Source of the DNA: an uncultured Chloroflexia bacterium
GTDB taxonomy: Bacteria > Chloroflexota > Limnocylindria > QHBO01
Length of the DNA stretch: 64,000 nucleotides
Assembly: GCA_963810925.1 (NCBI GenBank)
Contig: CAWEPF010000010.1
Span: 47,407 to 111,406, forward strand
Direction: 5' to 3'
A program made the position numbers and the translations under genes. Below are positions 46,094-55,218 of this stretch, piece after piece; within the stretch, counting starts at the first letter, position 1, and each line of letters opens with the position of its first letter. A model generated the notes under the pieces. That model did no database searches. It had not been told where the DNA came from and saw only the letters and a list, made by a program, of their open reading frames with translations.

Positions 46094-47179
46094 GTGACCA
46101 CCGTGCTGACCGACGACGCGATCATGGCTGCCCTGGCGCGGGTCACCGACCCCGAGATCGGTCGGGACCTCGTGTCGCTGAACATGGTGCGGGGGATCGA
46201 CATCGAAGGCTCCCTCGTCACGGTGACCGTGGAGCTCACCACCCCGGCCTGTCCTTTGAAGGCCAAGATCGAGTCCGATATCGCCGATGAGCTGACCGGT
46301 GTGGGCGCCGGCGCTGTGCGCATCGAGTGGGCGGCCAATGTGAAGCGCAGCTTCGGCGGTCCCATGGCCGACCTCATCCCCGGCGTCCGGAACACGATCG
46401 CGGTCGCGTCCGGCAAGGGCGGGGTGGGCAAGACGACGGTCGCCGTCAACCTGGCCGTCAGCCTGGCCCGCGAGGGTGCCTCGGTGGGGCTCCTGGACGC
46501 GGACATCACCGGGCCCAACGTGCCGCTCATGATGGGCACCCAGGAGGGCCACGTGACCGGCAACTCGGGGCGCGTGAACCCGGTCGTCAGCCATGGCGTG
46601 AAGATGATGAGCATCCAGTACTTCCTCACCGGCGATGCGCCGGTCATCTGGCGCGGGCCGCTCATCCATTCGGCCATCCAGCAGTTCCTGCGCGACGTGG
46701 AGTGGGGCGACCTCGACTACCTGGTCATCGACCTTCCGCCCGGGACCGGGGACGCGGCCCTCTCGCTGGCCCAGCTCATCCCGCTGTCCGGCGCGGTGAT
46801 CGTGACCACGCCCCAGGAGGCGTCCCTGATGGACGCCCGCAAGGCGATCGCCATGTTCACCAAGGTCAACGTCCGCACCCTGGGCGTGGTCGAGAACATG
46901 AGCGGCTTCATCTGCCCCCATTGCGGCACCGAGCACGACCTGTTCGGCTCCGGCGGTGGCGAGGCCATGGCCCGCGAGCTGGGGCTCGAGGTCCTCGGCC
47001 GCATCCCGCTCGAGCCGGCCGTGCGGGCCGGTGGCGATGCGGGGGTGCCCATCACCTCGGCCCAGCACCCGGATTCCGATGGCTCGGCGGCGGCAGCAGC
47101 CCTGCGCGACGTTTCGCGGGTGGTTGCCGGGCGGGTCTCGGTGCTCGCCGCCCCCATGGTCGCGGCGGCAGTCAGCTGA
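46094..47179 (+). CDS. apbC: Mrp/NBP35 (ApbC) Fe-S cluster carrier ATPase with N-terminal DUF59
   Basis: The DUF59 segment is DPEIGRDLVSLNMV. The deviant Walker A is SGKGGVGKTT, and the CPHC motif is present. Confidence 0.9.
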   Translation: MTTVLTDDAIMAALARVTDPEIGRDLVSLNMVRGIDIEGSLVTVTVELTTPACPLKAKIESDIADELTGVGAGAVRIEWAANVKRSFGGPMADLIPGVRNTIAVASGKGGVGKTTVAVNLAVSLAREGASVGLLDADITGPNVPLMMGTQEGHVTGNSGRVNPVVSHGVKMMSIQYFLTGDAPVIWRGPLIHSAIQQFLRDVEWGDLDYLVIDLPPGTGDAALSLAQLIPLSGAVIVTTPQEASLMDARKAIAMFTKVNVRTLGVVENMSGFICPHCGTEHDLFGSGGGEAMARELGLEVLGRIPLEPAVRAGGDAGVPITSAQHPDSDGSAAAAALRDVSRVVAGRVSVLAAPMVAAAVS

Positions 47180-47206
47180 ACTAGGCCGCTCCCGCGGTCT
47201 CGCGAC

Positions 47207-48268
47207 CTAGGCCGCCTTCGACTCGCGCTCGTACGGGCGCCCGTCCGCGGCCGGCGGCATGCTCCGGCCCACGACACCCGCCAGCACGATGATCGTGATC
47301 ACGTACGGCAGCGCATCGTAGGCCTCGATCGGTATCCCGCTCAGGATGTCACCCAGGGTTCCCTCTGGCGGGGCGAATCGGACGACAGCCGCAACGCCGA
47401 CGGACGCCTTGAACAGCAGGGCTGCACCGAAGGAGCCGATGGGCGTGTACCGCCCGAAGATCAATGCCGCCAACGCGATGAAGCCGACCCCGTTCGTCAT
47501 GTTGGTCTGGAACGAGCTGCCGAACTCGATGGTCAGGTAGGCCCCGCCCAGCCCGGCGAAGATCCCGCCCAGGATGACGTTCCGATATCGGAGCTTGATG
47601 ACGTCGATGCCCACGGTTTCTGCGGCTTTCGGGTGCTCCCCGACGGCCTTGGTCCGCAGGCCCCAGCGGGACCGATGGAGCAAGACCTGGAGCACGATCA
47701 CCGAGACCAGCATGGTCAGCGCGATGGGTCCCACCGCGAGGAATGCATCGAACAGCCAGCCGACCACCGGTAGGCCCGTCAGGAACGGCAACGACAACGA
47801 GCTGAACTGCCCGGCCGTGGTCAGGTGCTGACCGCTGATGATCAGGTTCAGGTAGCCGGTGATGCCGAATGCGAAGATGTTGATGATCGTCCCGCTGATG
47901 ATCTGGTCGGCCCTGACCGAGATCGAAAGCCACGCATGGACGGCCGACACGGCGCAGGCGGCCAGGATGGCAGCCACCAGCCCGACCAGCAGGGACGGCG
48001 AGATCCCCAGCGGCCCGCCGGACGCTGGGATGACGGTGTGCACGAGTGACGCCACCCACCACGCGACGAAGGCCGACGTCAGCATCATGCCCTCGATCCC
48101 GATGTTCACCACCCCCGAGCGTTCGTTCATGAACCCGCACAGGGCGCCCAGGATGATCGGCACTGCGGCCGCGACCACGATGGGGGCCAGCACCGGGGTG
48201 TGGACGGCCAAGTAAACGATGAACTGGATCAGCATGCCGATGATCGGGATGTCGTACAGCGCTTCCAT
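47207..48268 (-). CDS. ABC permease of a BMP-type (nucleoside/simple sugar) importer
   Basis: 353-aa polytopic protein in an operon with the BMP lipoprotein gene. Confidence 0.85.
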   Translation of the reverse strand: MEALYDIPIIGMLIQFIVYLAVHTPVLAPIVVAAAVPIILGALCGFMNERSGVVNIGIEGMMLTSAFVAWWVASLVHTVIPASGGPLGISPSLLVGLVAAILAACAVSAVHAWLSISVRADQIISGTIINIFAFGITGYLNLIISGQHLTTAGQFSSLSLPFLTGLPVVGWLFDAFLAVGPIALTMLVSVIVLQVLLHRSRWGLRTKAVGEHPKAAETVGIDVIKLRYRNVILGGIFAGLGGAYLTIEFGSSFQTNMTNGVGFIALAALIFGRYTPIGSFGAALLFKASVGVAAVVRFAPPEGTLGDILSGIPIEAYDALPYVITIIVLAGVVGRSMPPAADGRPYERESKAA

Positions 48269-48271
48269 CAG

Positions 48272-49399
48272 TCAGGGCCGTGACGCATAGGTGTCCGAAA
48301 GGGTCGTGACATCCCCGAAGGCCCGGCTCGCTTCCCGGACGCGGAAGATGCGGCGGACGAGGACCTCGGCGGTCAGGAAGAACAGGATGATCGCCTGCAG
48401 GACCAGGACGAACTGGAACGGAATGCCGAGCTGGGACTGCATCGCGAGGCCGCCGGCCCGCATGGCGCCGAACAGCAGGCCAGACAGGAGAATGCCGACC
48501 GGGTGAGCCCGGCCGAGCAGCGCGACCGCGATGGCTTCGAAACCGATCGTCGGGGCGTACGAGGCAGGGAGGTAGCCCGTCTGTCCCAGGATCACGACTC
48601 CACCCGCCAACCCCGCGAAGAGGCCGCACAGCGACATCGTGAAGACGATCAGCCATCGCGGGTTCATGCCCGCGTATCGAGCCGCCTCGCTGTTCGCGCC
48701 GGTCGTGCGGACCTCGAAACCGATGGTCGAGCGAAACAGGAACCACCACACGATGGGCACGGCGATCACCGCAAACAGGATGCCCAGGTGCCCCGTATCG
48801 CCAAGGATCATCGGGAGCCGGGCGGCCACGATGTCGTCGGTGCGCTGGTAGCTGACGTCCTCGCCGAGGAGCGGGTTGTTGACCACCCACGAAACGATGA
48901 GGATCGCGATGTAGTTGAGCATGATGGTCACGACCACTTCGTGGGCGCCCGTGAAGGCTTTCAGGAGGCCCGGGATCATCCCGTACAGCAGCCCTCCGGC
49001 CATACCGGCCAGGACCGACGCGGTGATGGCGACGGCGGGCGAGGCATCGTTCAAGGCGAGCGCCATAGCCGTGGCCGCGAGCGCCCCGATGAGGTACTGG
49101 CCCTGGGCACCGATGTTGAAGAGCCCGGCCTTGAAGCCGATGCCCACCGCAAAGCCGGCCAGGATCAGCGGCGTGGCGTTCACCAACGTGTTGACGATCG
49201 CCCGCTCCGATCCGAACGCCCCACTCAGGAGCGAGGCGTAGGCGCGCACCGGGAGCAGCAGGTCCACCGACCCCTCGATCAGCGGACTGGACAGAATCAG
49301 GAACCCTGCCCCCACCACGAAGGCGAGGAGCAACGCCAGGGCAGGGACCACCACGAGCGCGCGAACGCGAGTCAGCATCGTGGTCCTCCGTTCGGTCAC
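48272..49399 (-). CDS. ABC permease of a BMP-type importer
   Basis: 375-aa polytopic protein. It overlaps the ATPase gene by 4 bp. Confidence 0.85.
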   Translation of the reverse strand: MTERRTTMLTRVRALVVVPALALLLAFVVGAGFLILSSPLIEGSVDLLLPVRAYASLLSGAFGSERAIVNTLVNATPLILAGFAVGIGFKAGLFNIGAQGQYLIGALAATAMALALNDASPAVAITASVLAGMAGGLLYGMIPGLLKAFTGAHEVVVTIMLNYIAILIVSWVVNNPLLGEDVSYQRTDDIVAARLPMILGDTGHLGILFAVIAVPIVWWFLFRSTIGFEVRTTGANSEAARYAGMNPRWLIVFTMSLCGLFAGLAGGVVILGQTGYLPASYAPTIGFEAIAVALLGRAHPVGILLSGLLFGAMRAGGLAMQSQLGIPFQFVLVLQAIILFFLTAEVLVRRIFRVREASRAFGDVTTLSDTYASRP

Positions 49400-50973
49400 G
49401 AGGCCGCCTCCTCGGCCCGCTCCGTGGCTCGGCCGCCGGTGGCCATCAAAAGGCCAACGGTTTCACGATCGGCCGTTCGACCGTCCAGGACCTCGACGAT
49501 GGCACCCCGGTACATGACCGCGATCCGGTCGCTCAGCTCGAGAATCTCGTCCAGCTCCGCGGAGACCAGCAGGATCCCGATTCCCGCATCGCGGCGGGCG
49601 ATGGCCTGCCGGTGGATGAATTCGATCGAGCCCACGTCCAGGCCGCGGGTCGGCTGGTCGAGCACGAGGAGCTTCAGATCGCCCTCGAATTCGCGCGCCA
49701 CGATGATTTTCTGCTGATTGCCCCCGGACAGGGTGGACGCGGAGACCGTTGCCGACGGAGTCCGGATGTCGTAGCGCGCGACAAGATCCTCAGCATCGCG
49801 CAGGATGGCCACTTCGTCCCTGACCGGACCACGGGCGTAGGGCGCGTGGTAGTAGTCGTTCAAGATGAGGTTGTCAGAGAGCGGGAACGAGAGGACGAGC
49901 CCGAACCGCTGACGGTCGCCGGGCACGAACCCGACTCCGGCCTCGTGCAGTCGCCGCGGGCCGACGCCGGTGACATCGGCCTCCGCCAGGCGAACCGATC
50001 CCGATGTTGGCTTGCGGAGGCCGGTGAGGGCCTCGACCAGTTCGTCCTGTCCGTTACCCGCCACGCCCGCGACGCCGAAGATCTCGCCGGCGCGGATGGT
50101 GAAACTGACCCCGTGAACCACCTCACCGCCCCGGTCGTCCTTCACGTGCAGGTCATCGACGGTCAGGATGGGATTTCCGGGATGACTCGTGCCCCGGTCG
50201 ACCGTCAGCTGGACCTCCCGCCCCACCATGAGCTCGGCAAGGTCGTCCTCGTTTGTTTCGGCCGGTGCCCGTTCCCCGACGACCTTCCCCCGTCGAATGA
50301 CGGTGATTCGGTCCGCGACCTCAAGGACTTCGTACAGCTTGTGGGAGATGAAGACGATGGCGTACCCCTCGTCTCGCAGGCGGCGCAGGACGTCGAAGAT
50401 CTCGCGCGTCTCCTGCGGAGTGAGGACGGCAGTGGGCTCATCGAGGATGAGCACCTTTGCATTGCGATAGAGCGCCTTGAGGATCTCGACCCGTTGCTGC
50501 CAGCCCACCGAGAGCTGACCGACCTTCCGGTCGGGGTCGATCTCCCAGCCGAAGCGTGAACCGAGCTCCCGAATGCGCTCTCGGGAACCCGATCGGTCCA
50601 GGAAGATCTTGCGTTTGATGGGCTCTTCGCCCAGGAGGATGTTCTCGCTCACCGAGAGCACGGGCACGAGCATGAAATGTTGGTGGACCATGCTGATCCC
50701 GCGCTCGATGGCGTCATGGGGACTGCGGATGGTGACCGGCTCTCCGTCCAGCAGGATCTCCCCGGCATCGGGCACGGCGAGTCCGTACAGGACGTTCATC
50801 AACGTAGTCTTGCCGGCTCCGTTCTCACCGAGCAGGGCGTGGATCTCGCCCGCCCGGACCACGAGATTGATGCCGTCGTTGGCGACCACGCCCGGATACC
50901 GCTTCGTGATGCCGCGCATCTCGAGCGGCGGGGCACCGGCCGCGGGGGGTGAGGCGGGGATTTCGTCAGTCAT
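49396..50973 (-). CDS. ABC ATP-binding protein with duplicated ATPase domains
   Basis: 525 aa. Walker A is GENGAGKTT. Two LSVGWQQR/LSGGNQQK signatures are present. Confidence 0.9.
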   Translation of the reverse strand: MTDEIPASPPAAGAPPLEMRGITKRYPGVVANDGINLVVRAGEIHALLGENGAGKTTLMNVLYGLAVPDAGEILLDGEPVTIRSPHDAIERGISMVHQHFMLVPVLSVSENILLGEEPIKRKIFLDRSGSRERIRELGSRFGWEIDPDRKVGQLSVGWQQRVEILKALYRNAKVLILDEPTAVLTPQETREIFDVLRRLRDEGYAIVFISHKLYEVLEVADRITVIRRGKVVGERAPAETNEDDLAELMVGREVQLTVDRGTSHPGNPILTVDDLHVKDDRGGEVVHGVSFTIRAGEIFGVAGVAGNGQDELVEALTGLRKPTSGSVRLAEADVTGVGPRRLHEAGVGFVPGDRQRFGLVLSFPLSDNLILNDYYHAPYARGPVRDEVAILRDAEDLVARYDIRTPSATVSASTLSGGNQQKIIVAREFEGDLKLLVLDQPTRGLDVGSIEFIHRQAIARRDAGIGILLVSAELDEILELSDRIAVMYRGAIVEVLDGRTADRETVGLLMATGGRATERAEEAAS

Positions 50974-50990
50974 CTGTCGTCAGGAATAGG

Positions 50991-51025
50991 CGAGCGGGCC
51001 GATCCCAGGGGGACCGGCCCGCTCG
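50991..51025 (-). promoter_or_regulatory. intercistronic perfect 11-bp hairpin between the binding-protein and ATPase genes
   Basis: CGAGCGGGCCG, 13-nt loop, CGGCCCGCTCG. There is no U-tract. Confidence 0.5.
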
Positions 51026-51051
51026 TTGAGCTTCGTACGACTGGGGGAGAG

Positions 51052-52218
51052 CTACTCGGTCCCGGTGTCCTCAGTACCGGAGTAGCACGTGCTCGGATCG
51101 CCGCACGGATCCAGGTCGCCGCTCGCCATTGCGTTAAAGGCATCGTCGATCGCCGTCTGGATGTCGTCCGTGACCAGATCCGAGAACTGGTAGAACGGGG
51201 CAAGCCCGATCCCGTCGTTCGAGGCGTCGTAGAACACATTGTTGCTACGCCCCGCATTGTCCTCGGCGAAGGTCGTGATTGACTCGCTGACCGCCTTGGT
51301 CAGGTGCTTCTCCGCGCTGGTGACGACGCACACCTGGGCCGACGGGTACGAGACCCACTGGTCAACGTCCACGCCGAAGCCATAAATGCCGTGCTCAACG
51401 ACGGAGTCCAGCATGCCGTTTCCGGTCTTGCCGGCGACCTGGAACAGGACGTCGACGTCAGGGTTCACCCCGAGGAACGTATCGGCAAACGTCTTGCCGC
51501 CGGTCGGGTCGTTGAACGCCTTGCTCAGGTCGTTGCTGACATAGGCCAGGTGGACGTTCACGGTGTCATCGACGCTGTGCGCGCCATTCTCAAAGCCGCG
51601 CATGTAGTTCACGACGGGCGGGATGGTTCCCGATCCGCCGAGGGCGGCGATTTCCTTGCTCGAGGTGATGGACGCGGCGAGGATGCCCGCGAGGTACCCG
51701 GCCTGCTGCTCGCTGAAGATCAGCGACTCGTAGTTCGGGAGCGGATCCCAGTCACCGCCAAAGTCGCTGTTGACCTGGAACTGATCCACGCCAACGAAGT
51801 GGATGTCGGGATTTGCCGCGGCGGCCGCCTGTGTCGCGTCACCGATGGCGAATCCGACCGTCACGATGACGTTCGCGCCGTCGTCCACGAACTGCTGGAT
51901 GTCCTGCTCGTACTCATCCGAGCTGGCAGGGACCACGTAATTGGGTTCCGCAGCCCCGATGATGGCCGCTCCTTGGACCGCGCCTTCGTAGCTGTACTGG
52001 TTGAAGTTGTGGTCGTCGATGGTCCCCACGTCGGTGACCACGCCGATGACCAGGTCGCTGGTCCCGGTCGCTGCCGGGGGTGATGCCTCGGCGGCCGCGT
52101 TGTCACCGATCTCTCGGCACAACCCGGCGCCAGTGCTGATCTGGCCATTGCTGCAGGCTGCGAGCACCAGCGCAAAGGACACAAACAACGCGCTGAATGC
52201 GTAATTCCGCTTCCGCAT
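51052..52218 (-). CDS. BMP-family (PnrA/Med-like) substrate-binding lipoprotein
   Basis: Lipobox LAAC. 388 aa with BMP-type periplasmic-binding-fold sequence. Confidence 0.85.
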   Translation of the reverse strand: MRKRNYAFSALFVSFALVLAACSNGQISTGAGLCREIGDNAAAEASPPAATGTSDLVIGVVTDVGTIDDHNFNQYSYEGAVQGAAIIGAAEPNYVVPASSDEYEQDIQQFVDDGANVIVTVGFAIGDATQAAAAANPDIHFVGVDQFQVNSDFGGDWDPLPNYESLIFSEQQAGYLAGILAASITSSKEIAALGGSGTIPPVVNYMRGFENGAHSVDDTVNVHLAYVSNDLSKAFNDPTGGKTFADTFLGVNPDVDVLFQVAGKTGNGMLDSVVEHGIYGFGVDVDQWVSYPSAQVCVVTSAEKHLTKAVSESITTFAEDNAGRSNNVFYDASNDGIGLAPFYQFSDLVTDDIQTAIDDAFNAMASGDLDPCGDPSTCYSGTEDTGTE

Positions 52219-52385
52219 GCGTTCTCCTTCCGCCCTCCGTAACGGGATGGATCCGCCGCGGCGTAGTCACGCGGCAACGCTCGGGGCCCTGAGGGCAGAG
52301 CCCGTGCGAGACGCCGCATGATAGCCGCCTAGCGGCCGAGGACTCAAGAAGTTTCCGCTGCGGATGACTCGTAGAATCGGCCGCC

Positions 52386-53235
52386 ATGGCATCCGGGTCG
52401 CCTCACACTGCCCTCAGGCTGGTCATCCTCGACCTGGACGGGGTCGTGTACCGCGGGGCCCAGCCCGTGGAGGGGGCTCCTCAGCTCGTGGCGCGGCTCC
52501 ACGCCGCCCACCTCGCGGTTCGCTATGCGACGAACAATTCGATGTCGACCCGCGCCGAGTTCGCCGCGCGCCTGACGGAGATGGGAATCGCGGCCGACGT
52601 CGGGAGAGATCGTGACCTCGGTGTCGGCCACGATCGAGCACCTTCGCCGCCATCTGCCCCAGGTTCGGTCGGTGATGACGGTGGGCGCCCGCGGCATGGT
52701 GGAGGAGCTGCGCACAGCCGGATTCGAGGTCCATCCCGTTGCCGACGCGGTCCGGGCGGTCATCCGCACCTCGCGTCGACGCGGTCCTCGTGGGCGTGGA
52801 CTTCGACTTTGACGAGGCACGCCTCGCGGCGGCGGCGGCGGCGGTCCGGGCGGGCGCCCGGTTCGTGGCGACCAACGCGGACGCGCGCTACCCCACGCCC
52901 GACGGGTTCCGGCCCGGCGCCGGAGCCATGGTCGACGCCGTCGCGGGCCGCGACCGGCGTCAGCCCGCTGGTCATCGGCAAGCCCGAGCCGGCCATGTTC
53001 GAGGCGATCCTCGAGGAGATCGCGTGCCGAGCCCGGCGAGGCGATCGTCGTGGGGGACAGCCTCGACTCGGACATCCTGGGCGCACGGCGGGCAGGGATC
53101 GAAAACATCGCGGTCCTGACCGGAGTGACGAGCGCCTCAGCGGCGGCCGATGCCCCATCGGACCGTGCCCCGGACCACGTGGCGGCGGGGCCGGACGAGG
53201 TCTGGGCGATCGTGGAGGGACGGATCAGGCGCTGA
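52386..53235 (+). pseudogene. HAD-IIA (NagD-like) phosphatase interrupted by four +1 frame changes
   Basis: LDLDGVVYRG...YATNNS is followed by four further pieces in rotating frames: TSVSATIEHL...GARGMVEEL, then VDAVLVGVDFDF...FVATNADARYPTPDGFRPGAGAMVDAV, then TGVSPLVIGKPEPAMFE, then VVGDSLDSDILGARRAGI. Confidence 0.8.
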
Positions 53236-54286
53236 GCGGCCGCGCCGTCTGGGCCCACGCATGCCAGGCCCGCGCCGCGTCCGCGCGACGTGACGCGAGC
53301 GCGAGCGGGGAGCTGAACCCGCGCCGGAACGCGTTGATCGCGATCTCCGCCAGCTCGTCTGGGGTCATCCCCGTTGCCACGGCCACCGCCGCCAGCTCAC
53401 CGCTCAGCGTGGTGCCGCTCACCGTCCGATCGTCGGTGGACACCGTCACGCTCACGCCTGACCGATGGAGCTCCGTCACCGGATGAGCGGCCAGGTTCGG
53501 CACGACCCCGGTCTGGACGTTGCTGGTGGGGCACAGGTCGAGCGTGACATCCCGGGTCCGCAGCACGTCCATCAGCGGGGGATCGGTCGAGGCCGGCGCC
53601 CCGTGGGCGACCCGGCTGACGCCGAACTCGAGGACTTCCCAGATCCGCCCGGTGTCGGGCGTCTCCCCGGCATGCGCGGTGAGCCCCAGCCCGGCGGCCT
53701 GGGCCGCGCGGAATGCGGCCGCATGCGGCGGGGCAGGGTACGCGGCCTCCGGCCCGGCCAGGTCGAACCCCACGACCGGCGTGACCGAACGCTCCGGCGT
53801 GGCGGGCCAGCTCCACGTTGGCGCCCGGCGGGTGGGAGCGCATGGCGGTCACGATCAGGCCGATGGCCGGCGGCTGGTCCAGGTCGTCCAGGGCATCGGC
53901 CACGCCCTCGGCCACCGCCTCGATGACCTCCCGCACGCCCAGGCCCTTCTCGAGATGGAGGCGCGGCGCCCAGCGGATCTCGCCGTAGGTCACGCCATCC
54001 GCGGCCAGGTCCTCCACCAGCTCGCGGGCAGCGCGCCGCAGCGCGCCATCGGTCTGGAGCAGGCGGATGGGAAGGTCGAAATAGGTCAGCAGCTCCGCCT
54101 GATCGCGGCAGTGCGCCGGGGCCACCAGCCGTGCGTGCGCCTCCTCGAGGGTGAGCGTCTCACCGATCTCGATGGCCAGCTCGACGGCCGTGGAAGGCCG
54201 AAGGCCCCATCGAGGTGCTGGTGCAGCTCGGCCTTGGGGAGGGTCCGGATCGTCTCGACCAGTCGTGTGGGGGCGCCCTCCATCAC
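53225..54286 (-). pseudogene. add: adenosine deaminase (paralog 2) with two frame changes (one deletion, one insertion)
   Basis: MMEGAPTRLVETIRTLPKAELHQHLDGA is followed by RPSTAVELA...GVTYGEIRWAP... and then VVGFDLAGPE...HAGE...STDD, read in alternating frames on the minus strand. Confidence 0.8.
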
Positions 54287-54303
54287 GGCATGATAGGAGG
54301 CGC

Positions 54304-55176
54304 GTGATCCGAGTCGCCGCCTTCATCGTCGCCGTCGTCGTGCTCCTGGTGCTTCTGGGCGCCCGATCGGCCGACCCCGCCGTGTCCGACCCGGTCCGCA
54401 TCGCGGGGCTGATACGGCTCGGCGCAACGCAGGCCGCGGCGGCCGATGCGTCACTGGCCGATGCGGAGGGACGCATGCGCGCCGCGACCGAGCAGGCTCG
54501 GCAGGGAATGAGCGCCATCGTGGCCGGGGAGGCCGATCCGACCGTGGGGTTGACCGCCGCCGCGGACGGCTTCGAGCAGGCCGCCCCATCGGTAGGCGAC
54601 GCCCAGGCCAATCTCACGGCCCTGCGCTGGACGCTCCTCGCCCTCGACTCGAATGCGACCATCCCCGAGCTGACCGTCCGGCAGGCCGACATCCTTGCCA
54701 TCAGTGCCCAGTGGCTGGCGGCCGTGCCGCCGAGCGCGGCGCTCACCGACCTGCGGCGCCAGGCGGAGGAGACGGTCACCCTGCTGACGGCCGCAGTGGC
54801 CTCACTGGACGCGGATGACCCTGCGGCCGCGCTCGAGTCGATCGACCAGGCCGACGCGGCCCTAGAGCCGATTCGCGACGAGTCGGACCAGATCCCGGCG
54901 CTGGGTGTCTGGGTCGACACCGTGGACGCACTGTCGACCGCCGTGCGCGACATCGCGCTGGCCGCCCAGGCCGGTGACCCGGCCGCGCTGGCCGAGGCCC
55001 AGGCGGCGTACGAGGCCGCGGCCGCCGACGCGGCCCGTGCCGACCAGGCGTTGACCATTGCCATCGGGGAGTCCGCGGCCCAGATCGTGCGGCCCGCGTC
55101 GGCGTCGTCGGCCGTGGCGTTGCGAGCCGTGACCGCCGCACGGGACGAGTTGGCGGCGCTGTCTATACTCCGCTGA
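54304..55176 (+). CDS. membrane-anchored Ala-rich hypothetical protein
   Basis: GTG start at 54304. N-terminal TM segment (VAAFIVAVVVLLVLLG) followed by helical Ala/Asp-rich sequence. Confidence 0.5.
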   Translation: MIRVAAFIVAVVVLLVLLGARSADPAVSDPVRIAGLIRLGATQAAAADASLADAEGRMRAATEQARQGMSAIVAGEADPTVGLTAAADGFEQAAPSVGDAQANLTALRWTLLALDSNATIPELTVRQADILAISAQWLAAVPPSAALTDLRRQAEETVTLLTAAVASLDADDPAAALESIDQADAALEPIRDESDQIPALGVWVDTVDALSTAVRDIALAAQAGDPAALAEAQAAYEAAAADAARADQALTIAIGESAAQIVRPASASSAVALRAVTAARDELAALSILR

Positions 55177-55218
55177 CCCGCCCGTCAGACGGGCTCACGC
55201 ACGAGAGCAGGAGATGGC

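Noticed and set aside
52219-52385. Possible purine or nucleoside riboswitch in the leader of the BMP importer
   Set aside because: A TTGAGT, 18-nt spacer, TATCAT promoter and a GC-rich leader of about 95 nt are visible on the minus strand. I could not match the leader to any riboswitch core I know (purine, 2'-dG, ZTP, preQ1). It is left unannotated; a cmsearch against Rfam would settle it.
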